Shown here: one piece after another, positions 40,514-54,416 of the stretch | Layout of the letters: every line of letters starts with the position of its first letter | How positions within the stretch are numbered: the first letter of the stretch is position 1 | Source of the DNA: the human T2T-CHM13v2.0 reference genome, Homo sapiens | Length of the DNA: 64,000 nucleotides | Direction: 5' to 3' (one strand) | Assembly (NCBI RefSeq): GCF_009914755.1 | Contig: NC_060940.1 | Made by a program: the position numbers and the translations under genes | The notes under the pieces: model-generated | What the model was told of the DNA's origin: nothing | Seen by the model: only the letters and a program-made list of their open reading frames with translations | The model's database searches: none

Positions 40514-41536
40514 GCAATTTTAAAGGATTTGTTTCTTTGCTGGTTTTAATCGCCTTGAAATTCTTGGCGACATAAAATATGCTCCAAAGGGGATAAAGAG
40601 AGAGTTGTGAGAGTTCTCGTTCAAATAAATGGCCTGTCTTCTGGGTCGAAAGGCAAATCCATTCCTTGCACGACAAGCCTTTGTTCCCTTGCTCCTTGTT
40701 TTAATCCTTATTTCTTAGTCCGTGAATAAAACTCCAGGGATCCTGTCAAGTCATGTAACATTGGTTTCATTTTTATTCCTTTTGGCAGGTGCTGGCTTCC
40801 CCTGGCTTCAGATGAAGTTATCGGGGTTGGCCTCACTGCCCCCCACCCCAGGGTGCAGGCAGTCCCTGCCTCCCAGGTGTGAGTTGCCCCATCACCAGGA
40901 ATTTTGCAGCAGCTGGGCTATAAAACCAGAGAAGCTTTGCGAGGGATGTGGCTCAGAGATGCTGAGGTGGGGCTGGTGGCTCCTCGTGCTCCACCCTGGC
41001 TGCCCTGTACCTGCTGCGGGTGACAGTTGACACACCCACGTCTTGGGCTCCCACCTGCTGGCTCCCAGTGACTTTGGCTGCTGGGGCCACTGGGCAAATC
41101 CCAAGAACAGGAGGTGGCAGGGTTGGGGTTTTTCTTATCCTGTCCCCACCCTGTTCTGCCACCACAGCCCTGACCATGGCTGTATCTCTCCTGCTCGGTG
41201 CTCCCTCTCCCACTGGCTGGTGACACTATTTCCTTCCCTTGTCCCTTCGGCCCTGGGGTGGTCACAGTTTCCTGCTGCCGTTCATCTTGGGGTCTCCATA
41301 TCCCTTACCTGTCCCCTTGGCTCTGCCCGCTGTGCGGTGAATGGGCCCTGCAATGTGCTGTTTTCACTTAAACTCTCTGAGGGGGGTCACTGTTTTCTGC
41401 CAGGACTGGCTCAGCCTGAAATCAGCGGTCACGTTCTGGACTGGCCAAACCTCCAGAAGCTTGGCACTCTTGGTGTCTCTGCGGGGTTCCTGCCTTGCTG
41501 GGACTCCTCTTGCTGTCTGGTGGAGCCTGAGGGCCT

Positions 41537-42010
41537 CATGGTCAGCAGAACAATGACTGCCAGAGCTATGCATGCCCAGATCTCCAGAGCCCATGAGTAT
41601 CTGCCCTGTGGCATGCACATGTGACTGGGTTAAGGACCTTGCAATGGGGAGAGTATCATGGATTATCTGGGTGCCCAACGTCATTGTGGGGTCCCTGTTG
41701 GGGATGGGGCAGGAGGTTCAGAGTCAGAGAAGTGCTGTGAGGGTGAAAGCAGAGGTTGGAGCCATGCAATTGAGGGCTGTGAAGATGGGGGAAGGAGCCG
41801 TGAGTCAAGGAATGCGGGTGGCCTCTGGAAGCTGGAAAAGGTGAGAGGCCAGATTTTCCCCTGGAGCCACCAGAAGGAACCAGCCATGCCCACACCTTGG
41901 ATTCAGCCCAGTGAGGTTGTTTGGGACTTTGGCCCTAAGAATTGTAAGAGAATGGATCTGCGAGGTGAACTCAGTTTTGGGTCCTTTGTTACAGCAGCCA
42001 CAGGAAATTC
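41537..42010 (+). mobile_element. MaLR solo LTR, MLT1D-like
   Basis: 'ttaaggaccttgcaatggggagagtatcatggattatctgg', 'caaggaatgcgggtggcctctggaagctggaaaagg', 'tttgttacagcagcc'. Confidence 0.88.
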
Positions 42011-42094
42011 TTCTTGGAATAAGGTTTTTAAATCCGTAAAACAAAACGCATAGACTTATACAGGAGATGGATTGTACAGACCCACCGTCCCAGC

Positions 42095-42528
42095 CACGCA
42101 CCCCGTGGTGGGTGCCGGACCCTGCCTGTGCCCTCCTGCATTCCCCTCTGCAAGCTGGAGGCTGTTTATCATCCGCACACTTGGGTTCTAGCCAAGGCCT
42201 TTGTCCAACCGCAGAAGCTTCCTCAGACCATGCGGGGCGAGCTGGCAACACAGGAAAGTCAACGTTCCCGAAGCAGCCCTTACTGTGGGATGGGGGTGTG
42301 GTGGACAAACATGGCCTCCACCAGGGGGCGCGATGCATCTCCCGTTCCCCTAAGCTGGCCTCCCGGTGCCCACTGTGCTGGCTGGCCTGGGGACTGCCAT
42401 TTGCTGGCCTCCCTGTCTTCCCCTTTCTCACCCACCACTGCTGGTTTCCCAGAGCACCTCCCAGATACGCCTATTGCACTGGAAGCCTCATCTCAGGGCC
42501 TGGTTCTGGGGGAACCCACATCCAACAA
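42095..42528 (+). mobile_element. ERVL LTR16-family solo LTR
   Basis: 'gcagcccttac...ggtggacaaa', 3' 'cacctcccagat...ttgcact...tctcagggcctggttctgggggaaccca'. Confidence 0.65.
42318..42331 (+). promoter_or_regulatory. CTCF motif, forward orientation, perfect consensus
   Basis: CCACCAGGGGGCGC with CpGs retained. Confidence 0.72.
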
Positions 42529-42712
42529 GAGCCTGGGCGTTCATGAAGCCCTGGATTCCCACCCACACTCTATGCCAAGGCCTTTGGCTGCCTCTAGGGA
42601 TGGTTCCAGAGCAAGCGTGGGCACCGCACCTGAAGGCAGTCATTCTCTGAGGTCGTCAGTGGCCCATTTCAGACCTTGTGTGGGATTTTGGTTTACCGAG
42701 GAGCAGCGGAGA

Positions 42713-43190
42713 TGTTATGAGCTCAGTGGTGACCCCCGGACACAGATGTTAAAGTCTCAAACCTTGGTACCTATGAATGTTGTGAATGTCACCTCACTGG
42801 GGAAACGGGTCTTTGCAGATGGAATTAAGTCAAGGATCTCAGGATGGGATCATCCTGGATCAGCCAAATGGGCCCTGAATCTAGTGACCAGTGTCCTTAC
42901 AAGAAGAGGAAAGGACAGAGAGGCACAGAGAGAAGGCCCTGCGGGGACAGAGGCAGAGATGATGGCTACGTGGCCACAGCCCAGGGCTGCCTGGAGCTCC
43001 CAGGAGCTGGAAGAGATAAGAAGAAGCCTTCCCTAGAGCCTCTGGAGGGATTGGGGGCCCTGCTGACACCTTGATTCCAGACTTCTGGACTGCAGAACTG
43101 GGAGAGAATACATTTCTGTTGTTTTAAGCCTCCTCCTCTCCCCTCCCCAAGTTGTAGTCCTTTATGATGAGGCCACAGGACACAGGCTTA
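42713..43190 (+). mobile_element. MaLR solo LTR, MLT1C-like
   Basis: 'gggtctttgcagatggaattaagtcaaggatc', 'ccctgctgacaccttgattccagacttctgg...agaactgggagagaataca'. Confidence 0.88.
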
Positions 43191-43474
43191 CTGATGCGGA
43201 TTTGATTCTTTCTCCTTGACTTTGGCCTGGGCCTGGCTCCAAGATAAGATGGGCTGTGTGGCCACGAGGGTGGCAGGGGAGCCAGCTGCACGAGGTTCCC
43301 ATTGGAGCAGGGCCAGGAGGGCTGCATGGCTTGTGCTGGGCTTCTGGGGCCCAGGTGAGCCAAGCTCCTGCAGCACCTGCCAGCGCATGGGCGGAGCTGG
43401 CTGTGTGTGGCAAAGTGATCAACACTTAGTTTCCTGTTTGAGGGATCATGGGAGATCCCCCCTTGCGGTTGATG

Positions 43475-43715
43475 TGGTGACAGCATGTTCATTTTAATTG
43501 TGGAGTATTCCATTCTATGAACACACCGCCATTCATGTACCTATCTCCCTGTTGATGGGCATTGGATAATTTCCAGTTTGGGCCTATTGCAATTCTAGCA
43601 CATACTATGTACTGCCATGAGCATTCTAGAATGCACCTTTTGGTGACTGTACGGATGCCTGTCTGTAGGGGACACGCCTAGGCGTGGAATTGCCCAGCCA
43701 CCAGGAATGACACTC
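43475..43715 (-). mobile_element. L1ME fragment
   Basis: 'agtattccattctatga...ctgttgatgggcattggataatttccagtttgggcctatt'. Confidence 0.75.
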
Positions 43716-45689
43716 AGGCTGAGCTTCCACGGTGTTGGACCGAAGTAAACCCCCGCTGGCAACACAGGTTTCTGGATTTCTCACAATGTCCTATTAGGTT
43801 CTTGGAGCCCCTGGGTGAATTTTTTTTTTCCCTTCGAGTCCTCCAAACTGGGGGCTTCTGATCCAGCCAGAATCCCAGGAGGTGCAGATCTGGCAGACCC
43901 TGCCTCATGCTCTAGAAGGGAGAGCCTTTCAAGGGACCCAGTTATCTATCCCATGGTTATCTCTCACCCTATGACCCAGTGATCTCCACAATCCAAATTC
44001 CTGCCTCTGAAGTGGAGGCTGGTCTTTGATGTTCCCTTTGGGGAAGATCTGAGCTCCCTAAGATGGCCCAGGAGGCCTGGGACCAGGCTCGAGCTGGCTT
44101 CTGTCCTGGGTCTTTTGCCAGGCTGGCCCCCTGGGGAAGTGGGAGTTCTCCCTGCAGGTTTCGCCTTCAGAACTCCGGAGCTCCCCAGAGAAGGAGACTA
44201 GAAGCTGCCTGGCCCACTGATCAAAGGGCCGAGTGTTCCCTTATCAGAGCAGTAAGGTGAGAGGGGGTGAGGAGGGAAACCTAACAACTCCTCCAGCCAC
44301 ATAAAATGTGAGGAGCGCCTACAATGTGCCAGGCCCTGTGCCAGGGGCTGGGCTCGGTAACAAGAGAGACCCTCTCCCACTGTTTGAAGTTTGCGGGGCT
44401 GAGCTTGGAGGAATAGGGCCCAGAGGAATGCATGTTTTATGGAGTGCGGAAGGAGGAGCAGGGTGGCTTTGAGAGACCCTGGAGGATGTGGTGGGTTAGG
44501 TCAGGGGTCACAGAAAGCCTGTGGGAAGTGGCAGGGGAGGGGGCTGGGCTGGCAAGCACGTTCCTTTTTGGAAAATCATGGAGCTCTTCACATATGACTT
44601 AGGTATTCTGTATCTTGAATAAAAAATTGTTAAACTGTTAAATCTTTATCTTGAATAAAGAGCTTGTTGCAAGCTAGAACTCTTCCAAACAGAGACCAAA
44701 AGAAGCTTCTGGAGACCACGTTGTCCCTGCCCCGCATTTGCCCACCCTCAGCCGTGGTGGACCCCATAGATTAAAAACCTCAGGGGAAGCCAGAAAACTG
44801 TTGTGTGAGGGCTGATATGGGCCCTCTGTCCTGAGAAGAAAGGAGGACACCCCGACAGGAATGGGGTGGCAGGTCAGGTGATATCATGAGACCGGGAGGC
44901 AGCAGCCTGGGGGGTTCATGCTGCCTATGCACCAGGCAGGAAAGTGCAACTCAGGCAAAGCCAGGAGAGGGAGAAAGCAGAGTGGCTGCTGGGCAGCCGC
45001 TGAGGGGTGGGCGGTGGGACTGACTCCACAGGAGGTGTGAGGGGTGGGGAGGACCTGGGGTGACCGGCAGGATGAGTGTCATTTGCAGATAAAGCATGGC
45101 CATGGGAAGCCTCAGAAGGTGTTTGAACAGGGGCTGATGTGAACATGTGAATGTAACCAGGCTTTAAGGAGAGTGCTTGGGCTACGGTGATGTGGGGGAA
45201 GGACTAGAGTTACAGGAGTTAGAGGTGGTGGGGGGCTGCCTATAGGGAGTGTGAGGGTTGAGGGAGGGAAGCTGGAGAGGGACTGGAGAGGAAGACCTTG
45301 ATTGGAGACACCCTTTAGGGAAAGGAGTGACCTCGATAGAGCTTGGAAAATAGCTGGAAGGAGGAGTAATGGAAGAAGACGCTGAGGTCCTAGGGGGATC
45401 TGAGCGGGTGTTCATGTTTCCCACTCATGTGTACTGAGCGTTTACGGTGGGGCCAAGTTTTAAATCGAATTATTTTATGTCATCCTTGAAGTAACTTTAA
45501 GAAGTAGGTTCTATTATTACCCCCACTTTGCAGATGAGGAAAATGGGGAACTCTGATGTCCAGGTGTGTGTCCAAAGTCACACATACGAAAAGTGCCACA
45601 TACCAGAATATGAGGGGTTGGAGAGCGGGTAGGGCAGCCAGGACCCTCCTGCAGTGCTGGTCGGGAATCTAAAATGAGGCCAGGATGCT

Positions 45690-46190
45690 GGAAAATCCAT
45701 CCAGCCCTTCCCACTCTAGATGTATACTCAAGATAAATGAAGGCAAGGGAGTTGTGTAAACACATCTGCAGTGGCTTTATCAATAGTTACCCCACCCTGG
45801 AAATAACCCAGTGTCCATCGTAGTGAATGGGTCAACCAGCTGGAGTCTATGTGGACACTGGGACATTGGAATCCCACTCAGCAGCAAGAAAGCCTCATGG
45901 AGGGATGCAACCATGTTGCAGAAATCTCCAAACCAGGCACAGAAGATGACCTCCTGCACGGCTCGATTGCATGTTCAGGAGCAGGTCCTTTCACGGATTG
46001 ACTGTGACAGCAAGGCGATCAGTGGTTGTCACAGGCGGAGAAGGGGAGATATTGACTGGAATGAGAATTTCCTGAGGAGATGGAAATGTTTTGTCTTTTG
46101 ATCTGGGAGGGGGCTATATGGGTGTATCTGCATGTAAAAATACATGGACACTGTACACTTAGGATGACAGTTGCACCCTCAATTTTTAAA
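45690..46190 (+). mobile_element. L1ME 3' end
   Basis: 'ctggaaataacccagtgtccatcgtagtgaatgg', 'gatggaaatgttttgtcttttgatctggg'. Confidence 0.7.
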
Positions 46191-47035
46191 TGTCAGCTCT
46201 CAGCCCTGCTGGCGCTCCCTCCTCCCCTGGACCCAGGCAGTTCCGGGCCTGGGCTCGCCACTCTGCCCGGAAGGGGGAGGGGGGAAGGGGCACAGTCCTG
46301 CTGTTCTCTCCCTGCCTGGAGCCTCCTTTTCCCCTGCCGCTGGCTCCCTGGAGGAAGTGGAGAGGTCTTATCAGATCCGCATCTGTGACCCCTGGGCAAT
46401 AGAGCATCAAAACCTGCCCCGGCCTGGCCTCTGCCTTTTGGCTCCTGGGCGCCAGTCGGGTTCCCAGAGATGGTCGCACTCTCTCTAGCTGGCAGGAGGG
46501 CGCCTCCCACTCCCTCTCCCTTCCCTTTCTTTCCTCTCTCTTCTCCCTGCCACTCCCAACCTGTCTTTTGGCACCGTGGGAAGCTGAAAGCTTTAGGCAG
46601 ATAAAAGACATGGGGTGTTTTTCATGAGTTCTCAAAGGGACTCTGATTAATAATAGTAGCGATAATAATCCTAACTGCTACTTATGCACAAATGCATTGA
46701 TCTCATTTATTCTCCAAGACAATCCGGGGAGGTAGATTCTATTATTCCCATTTTAGAGATAGGGGAACTGAGGATCAGAAAGGCCAGGCTGCTTGTTTGG
46801 GGACCCACAGTGAGTTTTATGGCAGGATTTGGACCCGGTTCTGAGTGGCTGTAAAGTCTATGCTTGTAAATGCATTTTCCCTTTCTCCACACTAACAGAG
46901 TTGCCTCCTATGTGCCAGGCACCCTGCTGTGTGCTCAGACAGACAAAGCCCCGTGGTCAAGGAGCTCCCCTTGGAGTTGCCTGTGAGGCCTCCACACCCT
47001 CATCACTGACAACCTCTGGGGGGCGCCTGTCCTCA

Positions 47036-47129
47036 CCACCTGTCACTGTCTCATCCAATTCTCCCCACCTGTCACTGCCTCATCCAATTCTCCCCACCTG
47101 TCACCGCCTCATCCGGTTCTCCCCACCTG
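47036..47129. repeat. 29-bp tandem repeat x3.2
   Basis: ccacctgtcactgcctcatccaattctcc at 47036, 47065, 47094 and partially 47123. Confidence 0.95.
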
Positions 47130-47252
47130 GTGTGGTAGGGGTGGGGGTTATTACCCCATTTCGCAGATGGTGAGATGGAAGCACAGATGTTTCTTTTTCA
47201 ATGTTGACCAGCCAATAAATGGCAGAGCTGGGGAGAGCCCAGGCCTTCATAG

Positions 47253-47402
47253 CCCATGGTAATGACCACTGAGTCCATGGCGATGACCCCTGGGTCCGTG
47301 GTGATGACACACCTGGGTCCATGGCGATGACCTCTGAGTCCATGGTGATGACACCTGGGCTTATATCAATGACCAGTAGGCTCACGGCAATGACTGCTGG
47401 GT
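47253..47402. repeat. Degenerate ~21-bp minisatellite, ~7 copies
   Basis: ccatgg(c/t)gatgacc(c)ctg(g/a)gt variants. Confidence 0.88.
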
Positions 47403-50400
47403 GATGCTGCCCCAGGGACCCCATGGCCAAGTAGGCAGCGCTGTTGCCTCTCCTACCCCCCCAAGCCTGCAGTATGTGCCACAGGATGCCAGTGGGCCAT
47501 CCTCCCCTTGGCCCAACACCTCCTCAGCTCTAGTAATGATGAAAGGATGGCATCAGTGGTGAGCACAGCTATACTCCATTCACGTATTCGTTGTTCACTC
47601 GACAAGTATTTACTGAGTACGAACGACCTGAGAGTCTCTGCAGGTTCCTAATCGAGGCATTTGCTTTCACTTCTGCCACTTACCAGCTGTGTGACCTTGG
47701 ATAGGACTTGGAACCTCTCTGTGCCTTGGTCTCCTCTTCTGTGTAATGGGCATAATGAACACAGGTGGTATCCAAGGCTGCCGGGGCTCAGCTGGGGAGA
47801 GTGGTGCTGAGAAAGCCTCCTGTGCGCCAGGCCCAGTGGTGGGGAGCCACTGCCCCTGAGCTGCTGGGGGGAGGTAAAGCTTAGTGGTGAGGAACACGAG
47901 GTTCTGTCCCTGCGAGCACCTGAATCTCATGGCCTTCACTGCCTTGTCTGTGAAATGAGGCAATGACAGGATGACCACAGAGTGATTGTGAGGGTGAAAT
48001 GAGCCCCTGAGAGCTCGGCTGGGAGCCTGTGCGGGAACTGCCCTATAATGTCACCTAGCAAGAGGCCCAGTATTAGACATTAGCTATCCTTCGATATTAG
48101 CTATCATTAGACATTAGCTATAATAGCAGTTAGACTCGGGGAGAAGGCAGGAGCAGACATTCCATCGACAGATGTTTGTGAGAAGGTCAGTCTCTGAAGC
48201 AACACACGGGGGTGTCCTCCACGTCTAGAAACATCCTAGCCGGTGGGGGGCTTCCCCAGTCCTGCCGAACAAATCCATGCCCATGGTTCACACTTCTCAC
48301 CTGCCTTCAGTGTGGGCAAATTTCTCAAAACCCTCAGGCCCTGCTGGGTTGCAGAGGATCAGACAAGACGTGCTGAGAGTTTATTCTTTGGAAAGAGGTG
48401 CTGACTGTTCCTGTAGCTTCACAAGAGAAGCTGATCTTTCTAAGGTGTGTTCATGGGACACAGAACGTGTCTAAAGGGCAAAGAGCAGGTTAGAATCGTG
48501 CCTCTTCTTTGAGCATCTGTTCCATGCCAGGCACAGAGCTAGGCACCTGGAGGGGATGCAGCACCGATGTCCCAGACCCTCTCAGAGGTTGCGCAGCAAT
48601 CGCTTCCTGCAACACGCCCAGGGGGTACTGGTAAGCATCAGATGAGTGACTCCTGTAAGTCACGTAACACAACCCCTGATCTGAATAAGTGCTTTGTAAC
48701 TGTAAGTGTTTGTAACTGGGGCTGTGGGAGCTGTGATCATGTGCTTAGGCCCTCCTGGCAGTGCTTCTGCCTGCTCAAGTCCCCTGACCTCTCAGACCGT
48801 GTTATTTATCTGTGCGTGGAGATGGTAATGGTTGTTAGGACCAAAGGAGACAGCACACGACGCCAGCACATGGCAAGCGCTCCACAAACAGTGGCTGATG
48901 TTCCTTTATTCCCTAGGGGGATTTGCGCCACGTGGAAAGGTGCGGACTGTCACTCATCAGAATCCTAGCTCCAGAGGAGAGAGAGTTGGTGGATTTGCAA
49001 TACATGGGGAGGGACCAGAAACCAAGGGGCCAGATTTCGAAGGGGCCAACCTGGGGCCTGCTGAGAGCCCGAAGAGCATGGGTTGAAATCCCGACTGGGG
49101 CCTTTCCAGCTCTGTGATGCTAAGCAGACTACCTAGCCCCTCTGTGCCTCAGTTTGTCTCTTGTGCAATGGCAGCCGTGATAGAGTTGACCTCCTGGGTG
49201 GTTGTGAGGACTCAGGGAGGTGGCACTGGCAATGCTCTCAGCCCAAGGCCAAGGCTCCCCAATGCCGAGCTCTCCCCATAATGATTTCCTCTGCTGAGCA
49301 GAGGCAGATGACATCAGCCTCTTTCCTTTCAAGGAAACTCATCTGCAACTGGTTCCAATAAAGCCAGGATGGCTGGGCCAGGGAGGACAGGAAGTGTGGA
49401 AGACCCAGGGCTCCTCCCGTGGGCCCAGGAGCCAGGTCACACCAGGGTCCTCGAGCCCCTCCTGAGGACTTGGGGGCCAGAGGGCTTCCTGGCCAGAGGT
49501 GGTCAGCAGCGCGCTGGGGAGAGGGTCCCTGGGGGAAGGGCACACGCGCTGCCCTGTCTCCCTCTTCCTCACACCCCCTTCCTCCTCCTGGGCTGGCTGT
49601 TGACATAGTGAGGAATTGCTCCCAAGGCAGTGTGGAAACACAAAAGGACGTGGCGCAGCAGCAATAAATCACGATTTATGTCCTCGGAGCTGCCGGAGGA
49701 TGCTGGGGCTTGTCATGATTTCTGGAGATTCACTGAGCCAGACGACAAGCCGAGCTCCGATGCCCCCATGGTCAAGTGCAGATGGGACCCAAGGTCCCAG
49801 CCTGGGGAGGTGCCCTTTCCTTCAGGGCTGGCCGAGGATGCCCAGGGAGGTCAACATGGGGAATGGCTGGATGCATCCAGGGGGCTCTGACCTCTGAACT
49901 ACCCCTGACACCCGGCCGTGGCAGCGTTTTGTCAAATCAGGATTGGAACACCTGCTTGTGTTGAGGGTGTGCAGGTTCCCGAGGCCGACTTTGAATTGGT
50001 GGTGGAAGCTGAGAACTCTGGACAGCCAGAGCCTTTTGGTCCCAGCAATGCCTGGGCGGGGCCGCCTTGTTGGGGTCCTCATGCACCAGGAGCTCAGGTC
50101 CTCTCCTAATAGGGCAGCTCTCGTTGCCCAGGGGCTGCTCCCAGCCTAGGATGCTGCAGAACTCTCTGGAGAGACCCGCAGAAAGGCCTCCGCGGCTCTG
50201 CCCTGCCTTTGGCGCACTCCAGGCTCCTGTGCTCCAAAACAAAGGGACCAGTGAGGCCGGGACCTCCGCCCCTGTGTGGCCCACAGGTGGATGTGAGGCT
50301 TCTGTGATGTGCCTGGCAATGTTCTGGGAGTCGGGGGTGTGACAGGAGCGAAACTGAGCCACTTCCTGGGGTGTGCAGGCCATGACCATCCAGCCTGGAA

Positions 50401-50539
50401 CATGCTGGGGGAGGGGGCTCAGTGTGTGAGGGCAGCAAAGGGACTTCTATACCTGTCAGCTCCTCCAAAGCGCACGCCAGCCCTGGGGAATGAGGAAACT
50501 GAGGCTTCCAGTGGGCACATGACTCGGCCAGCCTCATGT

Positions 50540-50810
50540 TGGGTAAACATAAAGTAAACCTATGCATAAATGTAGGGTAAATGCAAATAAAATATCGAGT
50601 AAGTATAAATATAGAGTAAATATCAATAAAAATAAAAAGTCAGTAGAAATATCCAAATAACTATAAATGTTAACATTACTATAGAGTACATGGTCAATAT
50701 CAATAGAAATATCAAATCAATAGAAATATCGAATAAATAGAAATATAGAATAAATAGACACAAAAATGTAGAGTAAATATAAATCTAGAATAACTATCAA
50801 TATCAATACA
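50540..50810. repeat. AT-rich degenerate repeat (TAGAGTAAATA/TAGAAATATCAA-like units)
   Basis: Abrupt A-rich island within GC-rich sequence. Confidence 0.85.
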
Positions 50811-51473
50811 GAGTGCCGGGGGCATGCAGAGCCTTGGGCAGCCGGGGGCTCCCCTGAGGAGCACCCGCAAGGAAGCCTAAGGCAGCGGTGGGTTATCCAG
50901 GCTGGGAGGGGCAGAGGGAGGGCCAGGCTGGGAACTGCCTGAGCAAAGGCCTGGAGGCTGAAGGTGCAAGCGAGTTGAGGAGGAGCAAGGGGCCCTGTCT
51001 GGTGCAGTACAAACAAGGCAGATGGCTGCCTGGGAGACGGTGGGTCTCAGGGATCATTGCCTTCTGGGGCTGCGATATTAGTTTCAAGAGAGGCTGCCTC
51101 CTGGCTCCCAGCCAGCAGACCCCAAGGCTGAGGCCCAAAGGACCTTGTTCTGACTTGGTTTCTGCCAGCTGGTGTTGGCTGGTGTCTTCCCTGCCTGTCT
51201 GCCTGTCTGTCTGCAAAGACCACCCTCTGACTGCATATCAACTCCCGTGGCATTGTGAGTGAGACACTTCGTGGGGGAGGGGTGCCTGTACTGTGCTCTG
51301 ATCAGATCCCGAGCTTTTTCCGGGTCATGGACCCTGTGGTAGGTGGGCTAAATCTATGAGGGCATCCTCAGAAAAATGTTTGTAAATGCACACATTAAAA
51401 TGTGCAGGGTTACACAAAAACCCACAGCCTATGATATAGAAAACAGCTATCAAAAGCATTAAACACACCGACT

Positions 51474-51864
51474 GGTACATATACACCATGGGATACTATA
51501 CAGCCATAAAAAGGAATGAGATCATGTCCTTTGCAGGGACATGGATGAAGCTGGAAGCCATTGTCCTCAGCAAACTAATGCAGGAACAGAAAACCAACCA
51601 CATGTTCTCACTTATAAGTAGGAGCTGAACAATGAGAACACATGGACACAGGGAGGGGAACAACACACACTGGGGCCTGTTGGTGCTAGGGTCGGGGGAG
51701 GGGAGAGTATTGGAAAAAGACCTAATGCATGTTGGTCTAAATACCTAGGTGATGGGTTGATGGGTGGAGCAAACCACCATGGCACACATTTACCTATGTA
51801 ACAAACCAGCACACCCTGCACATGTACCCCAAAACTTAAAATAGCATAAAATAAACAAAAAAAA
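51474..51864 (+). mobile_element. L1PA 3' end (older L1PA), 5'-truncated
   Basis: 'cagccataaaaaggaatgagatcatgtcctttgcagggacatggatgaagctggaag', A-tail. Confidence 0.93.
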
Positions 51865-52135
51865 CTATGATAAAATATATATGTTGGGTTTCTTTATTAG
51901 CAGATTAGATGACAAGATCTAGAAGCAGGGCTGGAGTCTAAGTACCATAATTGCAAAGTGGTGATTAGCATAAACGGCGCTTTGAGAGAACTGTAATGAC
52001 TCGAGATGTTAAGAAAGCATCTGTGATTCTATTGGTGATAAAGTCACAGCCACTGCTAATGCCCCTGTGGCTTGTGCCTACACTCATCATCGAAAAGAAA
52101 AGTGCTAAGTATCAGCACGGGGCTAGTTAAAATAA

Positions 52136-52439
<304 letters not shown>

Positions 52440-52759
52440 GAGGAACCTTCATTTAATTTCATGGAGTTCTTGAATTGTTGGTGGGGGAGGTCTGTGGATT
52501 CCTTTTCTGGAAGAATACCTTTCCTGGATGTTGACAGCACAGACCTTTTCCTTGGCAGTGGTCACAGTCAGCCCAGTGGTATCTAGGGTCACTTTTCCTA
52601 AAAGGGTTGTGGGATCTGGGGCTTGGGACAGTCCCTGGTGTTAGCTGTTGAAAATGACGTGTCATAGGTAGAACGTGCTTTCTCAGAGCCAGGCGCTCCT
52701 CGAAGCCCCTTATAGGCATTACCTCATGTTGCACTTACAACCCATCTTTGATATAGGCT

Positions 52760-53200
52760 ATTCATTCATTTGAATATATATTCAATATCTAGAATATGTT
52801 TAAAGCTGTGTTAAATGCTGTTGGCACCGACGGCATGCCTTCTCTCATGAAGCTTATGATATAGTGGTAAGAGACAGACATTGACCGAATAATCACAGGG
52901 AAACCAAATGGTGCTCTATTCCAGGACACAGTGGTTATGAAGAGGGGATTGGCTTAGCTGGGTGGATCTTCCCTATGGAAGGGCGAGTGAAAAAAGGTGG
53001 GCTTGCCTAAGGAGCCCACCAGCGCGTGAAGATCTAATGGGTAGAAGTGACTTTGTGTAGACATGAGAAGAATGCCCCAGGCAGAGGAATAGCTTGCATG
53101 GTTCCCATCTTACAGAGAAGGAAACCAAGGCTCAGAGAGGGTCACACTAATCATGATGGAGGCAAGATGCTCACCCAGGACTGACTGATTCCACTGCCTC
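52760..53200 (-). mobile_element. L2 fragment followed by MIR
   Basis: 'ttcattcatttgaatatatattcaa...ctcatgaagcttat..agacagacatt'; 'cccatcttacagagaaggaaaccaaggctcagagagg'. Confidence 0.7.
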
Positions 53201-54096
53201 TTGTCTTAGCCAGGTGTTCAGGGAGACAGTTTGTTCTGTAGAACCAAATGCCCACGAGAGTCATCTGAACATTGTGCTCTTTATTTGCTGTGTCCAGCAA
53301 GATTCACTCAGGGCATCAGTGACCTTTGAAGGTAAACTGGTCCCTTAATAGCTGTGCTGTTTAAGGCAGGGATGAGAAAATCATCCCCAAGGACTTTGGA
53401 AATCTTTGCTGATAAAAAGCCACTGGAGACTTGAAGGCAGAGAAATGCTGCCTGTTGTCAAATATATTGGGAAAAATCAATGAATATTTATAAACCTACT
53501 CATTGAATTAAATATTAGACCAGCATTATCCTGATTCCAAAGCCAGGCAAAGACATTACAAAATAAGAAAACTACAGGCTAATATCTCTCGTAAACAGAG
53601 ACACAGATATCCATAACAAATATTATCTCATTGAATCCAGCAATATATAAAAGGATAAGATTACTACTATCAAGTAGCGTTTACTTCAGGAATGGATAGT
53701 AAAACATATGAAAATAACAGAATATTAACAGAAAGAAGGAGAAAAAAATCATACATTTATCTCGATACATGCAGAAAAAAACTTCCAAAAATTCAGAACC
53801 AATTCATGATAAAAATTCTCAGCAAACTAGGAATAGCGGAAAACTTCTTCAACCTGACGAAGATTCATTGATAGGCGAAAAAACTACAGCTGCTATTGTG
53901 CTTAATGGTAAAGACTGAATGTGTTCTCCCTAAGATCCGAAGCTAAGAAAACATGCCCCCTCTCACCACATAGTATTCAACAGTCTACTGGAGGTACCAG
54001 CCAATGTGATAAGACAATACAAAGAAATATTGATTAAAGAGAAAGAAAAAAATGTTATTCTTCCTAAATGGCATCATGGTATACATAGAAAACCCT

Positions 54097-54416
<320 letters not shown>

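Noticed and set aside
42128-43036. 302-aa ORF
   Set aside because: Runs through LTR16-like and MLT1C-like LTR sequence; no protein family signal.
44611-44659. Duplicated tatcttgaataaa (two AATAAA)
   Set aside because: Looks like a tiny old L1 3'-end remnant with a short duplication; no evidence of use.
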